A stretch of DNA of 64,000 nucleotides, from contig JACFNL010000001.1 in NCBI GenBank assembly GCA_019454875.1, positions 7,511-71,510 on the forward strand. Reading direction: 5' to 3'. Both the position numbers and the translations under genes were made by a program. This document shows positions 18,979 to 26,570 of the stretch, in pieces. Numbering within the stretch: position 1 is the first letter of the stretch; the number at the start of each line of letters is the position of its first letter. Origin of the DNA: Candidatus Cloacimonadota bacterium (GTDB taxonomy: Bacteria > Muiribacteriota > UBA6191). Below the pieces are notes generated by a model that was not told where the DNA came from, made no database searches, and saw only the letters and a list, made by a program, of their open reading frames with translations.

Positions 18979-19971
18979 TCATAACCTCCTGGTACGGGCA
19001 ATCAGAAAAAAATCTGCCAGTACCACAGCTAACATGGATTCCACAATAACCGGGGCACGGTAGGCCACACATGGGTCATGCCGGCCTTTGAGTTTTAAGC
19101 ATACAGGATTTCCCCGATTGTCTACAGTTTTCTGAGGCAAAAATATTGAAGCTGTAGGTTTAAAACTGACCCGTACCACTAAAGGCTGTCCGGTACTTAC
19201 CCCTCCCAGAATTCCACCGGCATGATTGGATAAAAATCCATTATCATCCATTTCATCATTGTGTTGAGAACCTTGCATGCTGACACAGTTACGCCCCGAA
19301 CCAATCTCCACACATTTGGCTGCCGGAATGGACATCATGGCATAAGCAATCCTGGCATCAAGCTTTTCATAAACCGGTTCTCCCAATCCAGTGGGAACTC
19401 CAGTGGCCACAACCTCAACCAGACCTCCTAGAGAGTCTCCCCTCTGTTTTGCCTTTAGAATCGCTTCCTGTATTTCATCTGGATCCTGATACTCTCCTAC
19501 CTGAACCACTCTTGCCGAAATAACAACCGAGGGCGGTAGTATCTGCATGGCTACGGCTCCGGCAATTACTCGGGCCACGGTTTCTCTTGCACTAGCCCGC
19601 CCTCCCCCGTGAGGATCCCATATCCCGTATTTTTTATCCCAGGCATAATCAGCATGTCCTGGACGGTATACACCTAAAAACTCCTGGTAGGCATTGGACT
19701 TTACATCCTCATTTTTAACCAAAAAACTTAAGGGAGCCCCCGTTGTAATTCCATCAACAAGCCCAGATAAAAGCTCAAACTCATCGGACTCTTTACGGGA
19801 ACTTGTGTAAACACTCAGTCCGGGCCTGCGTCTATGAAGCAAATTTTGAATCATTTCAAGGCTCAGATGAATTCCTGCCGGAACCCCATCTAAAACCACC
19901 CCTATGGCTTTCCCATGCGATTCTCCCCAGGAGGAAAAACGATAGAGAATACCAAAGGAATTAAGCCCCAC
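18979..19971 (-). CDS. aroC: Chorismate synthase
   Basis: Full-length match to the AroC family: N-terminus MGLNSFGILYRFSSWGESHGKAIGVVLDGVPAG, plus ...RRRPG..., GGRASARETVARV and GGILGG motifs. Confidence 0.92.
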   Translation of the reverse strand: MGLNSFGILYRFSSWGESHGKAIGVVLDGVPAGIHLSLEMIQNLLHRRRPGLSVYTSSRKESDEFELLSGLVDGITTGAPLSFLVKNEDVKSNAYQEFLGVYRPGHADYAWDKKYGIWDPHGGGRASARETVARVIAGAVAMQILPPSVVISARVVQVGEYQDPDEIQEAILKAKQRGDSLGGLVEVVATGVPTGLGEPVYEKLDARIAYAMMSIPAAKCVEIGSGRNCVSMQGSQHNDEMDDNGFLSNHAGGILGGVSTGQPLVVRVSFKPTASIFLPQKTVDNRGNPVCLKLKGRHDPCVAYRAPVIVESMLAVVLADFFLIARTRRL

Positions 19972-22705
19972 GAAAACCGACCTTCACCGAATCCCCCCAA
20001 CCCAGGATCTCAAATTCACGGCCAGTTCTGCTTAAAAGCTCCCAGGCTCTACGGTAGGAGCTTCGAGCCAATGCATCTTTTTGTGCCAGTTCCCCAATAC
20101 AGGAGGGCAAAATCACATCGGGTTGTATCTCCTCAATAAGCTGATAAAACAAATCCAAATCTCTTGTTTCATCACTGATAGGCAAAGGGACAAACAAAAG
20201 ATGGGTTTTAAAGTCCTTTCCTGCCTGTCGAATCACTTGCAATGCAGAACGATTATCCACCTCGCCAAGCACCAGAAGGTTCAACTTTTCTGTAATACTG
20301 ATACGAAAAGAACGCATATCAATATCAGTCACCATCGGGTAGCGGTAGCGGCCTGGAAGAGCCTCGATCTGAATGGACATATCATAAGGTCCCAAAGAAT
20401 ACAGTTCCCTCTTCTCCCATGCCTCAAATCCAATGACTCCATTCAGACACAGATTTTCCATCCCTGAGGGTACAATCACCAGTTTGTCATCACTAATCAT
20501 GCGGTTCACAATATCCAGATCCAGGTGATCTGGCAGTCTGTGAGTGACAAATGCAATATCTAAAAGCCTGGTGATTTCTGGAAATACATCGGGACGGATT
20601 TTCCAGTACATATCCCATACATGCTGGCAGGAAACTACATCGATGCCTAAATTCAGGGTTGGGGTCTCAAGGATATACCCCCCGTTATACATCTGATGAA
20701 TCAAAAGGCCATCTTCCACATCGTGGACTTTTAACTGATTAAGAACCCTAAGCATCCTTCTCTCAAAAAAATCCTTGAGCTGAGGACTTTTGGAAATTGC
20801 CGGAAAAGCCAGGATTCTATCCATTTCAAAAAGAGCTTCCCTATGTTCTTCCGACTGAAAACGAATGCTTTTAATCTTGTCGAGTGCCGATTCTACCCTC
20901 TCCAGTGATTTGCGAATAGCTGGAGTTCCGTACACTACAAACTGGGAGTTAAACCCTCCAAATCCATCGTAAACCTTGCTGATGTTATCTGGATCATCCA
21001 TCCAGTGCTTTTTATCGACCAAAAACTTATAGGCATGGGTGCCCTGGTCTTCAAATTCCAGTTCCACGGACCAGACGCCCCCCTCCTCTTTTTGCATGGG
21101 GGTTCCGTCCTTCCATTGGTTAAATGACCCCAGAACTTCCACGGTTTGTGCATCTCCTCTATATCTGAGGGTAACTTTATTGTCGCGAATCTGTGGGTAA
21201 CTAAAACCTGGGCTTAATACCCGTTTTTTTGCGGACCGTACAGCTTCTTTAGCCTGAACAACTCCACAGCCCTGGCGTTCCACCGGAACATTTTCCAGTC
21301 TCTTGGCCGTCTGCATAAGAATTTCTTTTACATTTTCAGGGCTTAATGAGGCATTAGCCTCCAGCATCTGCGCAATAATTGAGCAGACAATAGGGGCAGA
21401 AAAAGAGGTCCCATCCACATGCTGGTAGTGTGGGCTAATCAATTTGAATTCCCGCACCTTCTGTTCCATAAAGTTTTTTTTGCCCTGAAAATCCAGACCC
21501 TGCAAGGCCATAAAAAAAGGAATGGGATAATTGTAGTTATCCAGAATTTCTTCAAAATGCTTGGCCGTTCTGGCATGGGCCAGTTCCCATACCAGTTCTG
21601 CCTCACGATAAAACTCAGTGCCGGGTAGTGTCGGGGCTGCCACCCATATACCGGGAGCAATAATTTCCGGCTTCAGGATTCCGTCAGCCGTCACCCCATA
21701 ACTGGAGTGATACATATTATGAGTCCTTGATTCCAGGGAATTTCTGTCATCAAGCCCCCCCACAGTGATCACACTAGGACTGTTTCCCGGTGGGGTTACC
21801 CTCATCCAGCTTTCATTTCCGGCCGCCACTACAACATTGATTCCCGCCTGAATGGCCTCCTCAGCAGCATGATTGATGGATGATTCCCTAAATGAAGCTG
21901 CTTCATCCCCCGCACCTAGTGAAATGTTTAGAATCCGCAGATTGTAGCGTTTCTGTTTACGAATAGCCCACTCAATACCTGAGATAATAGCCTCAGTTGT
22001 AAAACCTTCCTGTCCCATCACTTTTAGCAGGGCTACATTGGCTTCGGAGGCAATTCCCTTATAAAGTCCATTGCTCAAATATCCATTCCCTACAGCACTG
22101 ACACAGGTTTGCATCCCATGCCAGCTATGAATATCCGGTTTTTCAAAATTGGATTTTGCCGCATTCGGAGAGCCCAGATCCTTATATGCAACCACACGGC
22201 GATAGGGTTTCATAATGTCGGGATGAGGATAAAATCCCCCATCCAGAAAGCCGATGCAGATTCCCTTACCCGTGTAGGCTGGATCGGCATCAAGTCGCAA
22301 AGGTGTTGGTAGAATTGTATATTCTTCTTTTCTACAGATAACTCTGGTACTTTTTAACTCCCTGACAAACTCTGCTTCCAGATTCTTTTTCAACAGTTCT
22401 TCCAGACCTGCCTGATTCATTTTATGAATCCCGGATCCAAACAGAAGTGAACCTGCCTGACTCATTTGCTGCCGCAGACGAATCAAAGTTTCATGGGGTA
22501 ACTGTCCCATCCATTCATCCTGAATTTTGGCCCGGATAACTTCCGTGGAAATTTTTGCCAAATATCCAATATCAAGTCCGGTTGTATAATAAAGCTCAAT
22601 CAGCAATCGCTCTTCACGGGAAACTTGTTCCGAATCAATTTCTTTCCAGGTACGGGCCTTGAGGTTCTTATCGAGCTGCAAACTATAAAAAAAACTCTCT
22701 ATCAC
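19961..22705 (-). CDS. Multi-domain protein: an N-terminal region, a subtilase (S8) domain, an AMPK-β-type carbohydrate-binding module (CBM48-like), and an MBL-fold domain with a variant metal motif. No signal peptide.
   Basis: The ORF frame runs to 22741 (TTG). The likely start is the GTG at 22705, preceded by GGAGGT and overlapping the stop of the upstream small ORF (GTGA). S8 triad context: GICIGFLDGGFYPHPD (Asp), SWHGMQTCVS (His), NISLGAG (oxyanion Asn), GTSFSAPIV (Ser). The CBM region VTLRYRGDAQTVEVLGSFNQWKDGTPM...HAYKFLVDKKHWMDDPDN matches the AMPK β-subunit glycogen-binding domain (GSFNNW...YKFFVDGQW..DP). The C-terminal MBL fold (GGYILETPTLNLGIDVVS...DIAFVTHRLPDHLD) has HRLPDH in place of HxHxDH. 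Confidence 0.8.
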   Translation of the reverse strand: MIESFFYSLQLDKNLKARTWKEIDSEQVSREERLLIELYYTTGLDIGYLAKISTEVIRAKIQDEWMGQLPHETLIRLRQQMSQAGSLLFGSGIHKMNQAGLEELLKKNLEAEFVRELKSTRVICRKEEYTILPTPLRLDADPAYTGKGICIGFLDGGFYPHPDIMKPYRRVVAYKDLGSPNAAKSNFEKPDIHSWHGMQTCVSAVGNGYLSNGLYKGIASEANVALLKVMGQEGFTTEAIISGIEWAIRKQKRYNLRILNISLGAGDEAASFRESSINHAAEEAIQAGINVVVAAGNESWMRVTPPGNSPSVITVGGLDDRNSLESRTHNMYHSSYGVTADGILKPEIIAPGIWVAAPTLPGTEFYREAELVWELAHARTAKHFEEILDNYNYPIPFFMALQGLDFQGKKNFMEQKVREFKLISPHYQHVDGTSFSAPIVCSIIAQMLEANASLSPENVKEILMQTAKRLENVPVERQGCGVVQAKEAVRSAKKRVLSPGFSYPQIRDNKVTLRYRGDAQTVEVLGSFNQWKDGTPMQKEEGGVWSVELEFEDQGTHAYKFLVDKKHWMDDPDNISKVYDGFGGFNSQFVVYGTPAIRKSLERVESALDKIKSIRFQSEEHREALFEMDRILAFPAISKSPQLKDFFERRMLRVLNQLKVHDVEDGLLIHQMYNGGYILETPTLNLGIDVVSCQHVWDMYWKIRPDVFPEITRLLDIAFVTHRLPDHLDLDIVNRMISDDKLVIVPSGMENLCLNGVIGFEAWEKRELYSLGPYDMSIQIEALPGRYRYPMVTDIDMRSFRISITEKLNLLVLGEVDNRSALQVIRQAGKDFKTHLLFVPLPISDETRDLDLFYQLIEEIQPDVILPSCIGELAQKDALARSSYRRAWELLSRTGREFEILGWGDSVKVGFRGA

Positions 22706-22878
22706 TGGCTGACCTCCAGGACAAATCGACGGTAAAACCAAAGAACCTTCTGGGGAGATTCTACCCAGGCCGGATACCGTTCCCTAATCTTGTTAAGAAG
22801 ATGTTCCTCAGTCTGGAAATGATAGTCAAAAAGTTCCTTGTCGACATCGCGATTACAGATTGGGCAAAGTTGTTTCAT
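22702..22878 (-). CDS. Small C2H2-like zinc-finger protein (58 aa)
   Basis: The likely start is the ATG at 22878, 2 nt after the stop of the 22881..23300 ORF. The ORF-track version (85 aa, start 22959) overlaps that ORF. Sequence: MKQLCPICNRDVDKELFDYHFQTEEHLLNK..., a CxxC-x11-H-x5-H arrangement. Its TGA stop overlaps the GTG start of the subtilase gene. Confidence 0.45.
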   Translation of the reverse strand: MKQLCPICNRDVDKELFDYHFQTEEHLLNKIRERYPAWVESPQKVLWFYRRFVLEVSQ

Positions 22879-22880
22879 AT

Positions 22881-23300
22881 TTAATAAATCCCGTTTCGAA
22901 AGATCAGTTGACCTTGACTCCAGCCACCATACAAAGTGGGGCCAATATATATCTTGCAAGATAATCTTGACAATAAAGGTATCGATTCCATTTCCTCAAC
23001 AGAGTATCTATGTAAAAGATTCAGTGTAGAAGGCAAAATCTCTCTTAGATATGTGGCAACATCCTCTTTCCAGTCCCGATTATGATCAATGTATCCTGGA
23101 CTTAGACGAATCTGCATTTGTACAGGTTCATCCGTTGCACTGAGGCGAAACGAGACTCGGATCAGGGGACGGGAAACCTTTAATGCATGGGCATCCAGTC
23201 TGATTTTAAAATGTTTGCGATCCACTGGAAAAAACTTTTCTGAGTAGGCAAACACGGGGGAAAACCCAAACAGGAATATGACAAACAATATAAGCGGCAT
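22881..23300 (-). CDS. Small secreted hypothetical protein (139 aa)
   Basis: Signal peptide MPLILFVIFLFGFSPVFA. It lies between the coiled-coil protein gene and the zinc-finger miniprotein gene on the same strand. Confidence 0.5.
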   Translation of the reverse strand: MPLILFVIFLFGFSPVFAYSEKFFPVDRKHFKIRLDAHALKVSRPLIRVSFRLSATDEPVQMQIRLSPGYIDHNRDWKEDVATYLREILPSTLNLLHRYSVEEMESIPLLSRLSCKIYIGPTLYGGWSQGQLIFRNGIY

Positions 23301-23323
23301 ACGCAGGGCGTATCGGTTCAGAA

Positions 23324-24649
23324 TCAGAAGAAACTTAGGAAATCCATTTCACGAGACTCAAGAATCGTGGTAATAAAAAGCTCTCGAGGTGGATTTTTAA
23401 AGAGAGCTACAGGATCTTTGGCCTTAACACGGCTGTTATCCTTAACTAAAAACTGAAAGTCTCCCTCAAAAGTAATCTGGGTGGCATGACAGGTAAACGA
23501 AAGGCTTCGTTCCCCTATAGTCACCTGGGAATCACAGGGTGCCAAAACCCTTGGCCTTGACAGAGAAACAAGCTGTATAAAGGGGCGGTCTGGATGAAAA
23601 TTCTGCTTTACAACCCCTGGTTCTTCCAATGGCCACTTAAGGGTTTTGCCCTGCTTCATCTTGTTTTGAAACCAGGAAAAAAATGCCATATCCACAGCCT
23701 CGATATCCATGACATCAAGCTTCTGTAACTTAAGGCCATCCCTTTCCAGATTTTTTATCAAAAAACCCTTTTCCCATTCCAGTTTTTTAAGATTAAGCTC
23801 CAGCTCATTTCGTCCAACAGAAGCCTGTACTGCCTGCTCCAACTCTACAATTCTTTCAACATTGCGTCTGGCGGGAAGGGTGAGTAACAAAGAGTGATCT
23901 CGTACTGCCTGCACAAAAAACTCTGTTTTATCGGCCTCGGTCATTACAACCTTACTCTGCTTCTCAATCCTTTGGGAAAACTCGCTGGCATATTGTTCTA
24001 GCTGCACCTGAAACATGGCAGTCTGTGGGGAGTTTGTGCCATACATCTGCATGGAGCTAAGGGCCAGTGCAAACGAATCCCTTGCTCTTTCATCCACTAA
24101 AGAGGCCTTCCAGGAGTTCAAAAACGCCTTCTTTTCCTTATCTTCCTTGAGCTGGGGCAGCACCCTCAAGGCCGCATTTGTTACCGGGGTTTTTTCAGGC
24201 AACAAGGGAGAAGAGGACAGCAAGTCAGGGTTTTCATCCTTTTGATGAATCACAGCTTTCACAGAAGCACGGGCTACTTTGGCATCCACAAAACGACTGG
24301 CATATTCTCTTTTTAAAGACTCCAGTCTCTTTTGTTCTTCACGATATTTGGTCTGCATTCCCGAGGGAAGTAAAACAGCCTGATCCAGGGCCTGAAGCTG
24401 TCTATCCTTTACATCAATTTGCTGAACAACGGCCGAATCCACAGAATCCGTGATCCGATCATAAAAAACCTGTTCTTCAGTGCTACTTAAAACAATTGTA
24501 TTTCGCGTGGAAGCAAACTGGGCCTGGGCACGGGTTTCCTGCCTAAGTCCATCCAGAAAATCAATGCTTTGAGTCGAGTCCTCCGCCCTGATTTGACTGG
24601 CAAAAAAAACAAGACCCAAAAAACCAATTGGTCGAAACCAGCTCAACAT
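23324..24649 (-). CDS. Secreted coiled-coil protein with a C-terminal β-rich domain (about 441 aa)
   Basis: The start is set at the ATG at 24649, 1 nt after the stop of the upstream gene (TAAtATG); the ORF track extends to 24685. Signal peptide MLSWFRPIGFLGLVFFASQIRA. A long predicted coiled coil follows. The C-terminal ~100 aa are β-rich with 2 Cys. Confidence 0.65.
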   Translation of the reverse strand: MLSWFRPIGFLGLVFFASQIRAEDSTQSIDFLDGLRQETRAQAQFASTRNTIVLSSTEEQVFYDRITDSVDSAVVQQIDVKDRQLQALDQAVLLPSGMQTKYREEQKRLESLKREYASRFVDAKVARASVKAVIHQKDENPDLLSSSPLLPEKTPVTNAALRVLPQLKEDKEKKAFLNSWKASLVDERARDSFALALSSMQMYGTNSPQTAMFQVQLEQYASEFSQRIEKQSKVVMTEADKTEFFVQAVRDHSLLLTLPARRNVERIVELEQAVQASVGRNELELNLKKLEWEKGFLIKNLERDGLKLQKLDVMDIEAVDMAFFSWFQNKMKQGKTLKWPLEEPGVVKQNFHPDRPFIQLVSLSRPRVLAPCDSQVTIGERSLSFTCHATQITFEGDFQFLVKDNSRVKAKDPVALFKNPPRELFITTILESREMDFLSFF

Positions 24650-24650
24650 A

Positions 24651-26483
24651 TTAACGATCAGGATTCTCAGAAATCCGGAAAACATCTCGGGTTATCGATC
24701 CCGATGAGTTTCTGTATACAATGAGTTGATCCATAAAATTACCGGGTCCATCAGCCATACCATTGCGGCATTGTGTCGAACATTCCATATAATCTTCGTT
24801 GTAGTCATGAATATTACTTGGGGGAAAACTGCCAGTAGGCCTTTCCTCAAGCATATGTTTGGCCCTGGCCACTGCATCCATTGAGCCTTCACCCTCAGGA
24901 CGAACATCAGAACCCTGAGCTGGTGGCAGAACAGCACCTGATACTCTGGGTTCTACACCAGACGCGCCACTGTCACCATCGGCATCTGCATCACCGTCAA
25001 TCATGCGCCCCATCCCCCCCATAGGGCTTATGCCAGAATCACCCGAAGATGCCTGAGCATAATTCTGCACCTTTGGATTTGGGGTCCCCGTGCTTGCTGC
25101 TTCCCTGGCCAGGTTGGTGGCCTTGATCGGGGTTCCACCTGCATACAGAGTGGCTTGACGAAAAATGTCAGGATTGTTACGGGCCTCAATCAAGGACAAT
25201 TCACGAATGGCCGCAAAAGCACCGTGAGCTTCGGCTAGTTCTGCTAGCCCCATGTCTTCCCCACTAGTCAGTTTACGGCCTTCGCCTTGACCCACGACAG
25301 CAAAAAGCTTATCACGATCCAAGGAGTTGCTACCCTCTCCTGACAATTCGGAATCCGTGGTAGTGGTGCCATTTTTTGCCACATAAGCGGCATAATAAGC
25401 ATCTTTACATTCCGCACTGTCCGATGGTGGTTTTACCCCAAGTGTACCAGCTTCCTTACAAAACTTGAGTCTGGACTCATCATCTTTAATCTGCTCATGC
25501 AAGGTGGACAGTTTAGTTTCCTCAATCAGTCTTGGGATAATATCACCTGCAAAATTCTGATTCAATTTATCCACAAAGCTCTTGCGCCCACTTTCCTCGT
25601 CCAGATTATGTTTGCTGGATATACTTCCCACCGCATTCAAAAATGAGTCTGAGGGCACATAAATTGAGCCCTTGACACCATCCTTGAGTTTGTCTCCATC
25701 GGTCAGATTTTTCTGGGTGAACATATCAGCTTCCAGACGACATTCCGCCGCTGACTTTCCCTGTCCTGCGCACTGATTAAAGGCTGCAAGAATGGATTGG
25801 CTTAAATCAATATTATTTAAACCATCTTCGCCCAGACCAAAAAACTCCTGAGAAAAAAACTTGGTTGCATCCCCCTTGTATGGTTCGCCTTGGACATCAT
25901 CCACAGAAACCATGCGAGCACACTGACCCTCAAAAAACTCTGCCTGTTCTGCAGCACAGTCAATCTGTCGCTTAACAGCCGAATTCCGGTTCAAAAAATT
26001 TTCCTGAGCCGCTCTAGCCTCTGGTTTATCAATTTTACCCAGACCATACAAAATTGCGGCTGTGGAGGCAGATCGACTGATTCCAAAATTAGTGAAAAAT
26101 ACTTCCATGGTGGCACACTCTGCATCACCTGCACAGTTTGAACCTGATTTTGCCTTGGAGTTACCCTTTAGTCCAGCAATGGTGGAATCATTAACACCAT
26201 AACCAAACATCTGGGCACAATTTTTATCTGCCTGGGAGGCACAGGAACTGTCCTGGCATCGATCCACGCGGCAAGTTTCCATCATGCCCGCTCCGTAGTT
26301 CCCCACCTCATCACGCATGGACTCATCCAAGGCTCTGACATCCCTGCAAAAAATCTCCATGCTACGATCCAGTCCTGGTTTGGCACAATCCTGCTCCCAG
26401 CGATTTTGCGTTTCGGTTGTATTCGCCCAACACAAATTGGCAAGTCCCGCAATCAGTAAAACCGGAATTAATTTTTGCACCAT
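24651..26483 (-). CDS. Secreted Cys-rich protein (about 610 aa)
   Basis: The start is set at the ATG at 26483, with GAGGGAAG 8 nt upstream; the ORF track has a TTG at 26513. Signal peptide MVQKLIPVLLIAGLANLCWA. The N-terminal ~170 aa hold about 14 Cys. The central region is Gly/Asp-rich low complexity, and the C-terminus carries a further CxxxC. Confidence 0.65.
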   Translation of the reverse strand: MVQKLIPVLLIAGLANLCWANTTETQNRWEQDCAKPGLDRSMEIFCRDVRALDESMRDEVGNYGAGMMETCRVDRCQDSSCASQADKNCAQMFGYGVNDSTIAGLKGNSKAKSGSNCAGDAECATMEVFFTNFGISRSASTAAILYGLGKIDKPEARAAQENFLNRNSAVKRQIDCAAEQAEFFEGQCARMVSVDDVQGEPYKGDATKFFSQEFFGLGEDGLNNIDLSQSILAAFNQCAGQGKSAAECRLEADMFTQKNLTDGDKLKDGVKGSIYVPSDSFLNAVGSISSKHNLDEESGRKSFVDKLNQNFAGDIIPRLIEETKLSTLHEQIKDDESRLKFCKEAGTLGVKPPSDSAECKDAYYAAYVAKNGTTTTDSELSGEGSNSLDRDKLFAVVGQGEGRKLTSGEDMGLAELAEAHGAFAAIRELSLIEARNNPDIFRQATLYAGGTPIKATNLAREAASTGTPNPKVQNYAQASSGDSGISPMGGMGRMIDGDADADGDSGASGVEPRVSGAVLPPAQGSDVRPEGEGSMDAVARAKHMLEERPTGSFPPSNIHDYNEDYMECSTQCRNGMADGPGNFMDQLIVYRNSSGSITRDVFRISENPDR

Positions 26484-26520
26484 ACACTTCCCTCGCAACA
26501 CTACCTGATCCAATTATAAG

Positions 26521-26552
26521 AAAAAATAGCCCAAGCGCAATGCGTTGGGCTA
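26521..26552 (-). terminator. Rho-independent terminator (minus strand) between the Ser/Thr-rich protein gene and the Cys-rich protein gene
   Basis: A perfect 8-bp stem, TAGCCCAA/TTGGGCTA (26527-26534 / 26545-26552), with a 10-nt loop. On the minus-strand transcript it is followed by UUUUUU (26521-26526). It overlaps a TATAAT -10 element (revcomp of 26513-26518) for the downstream gene. Confidence 0.5.
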
Positions 26553-26570
26553 TTTAGTTAAATCCATTGC

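Noticed and set aside
22702-22959. 85-aa ORF-track version of the zinc-finger miniprotein
   Set aside because: It overlaps the upstream 139-aa signal-peptide ORF by 79 nt. An internal ATG at 22878 sits 2 nt after that ORF's stop and gives a clean non-overlapping 58-aa protein. The shorter model is preferred.
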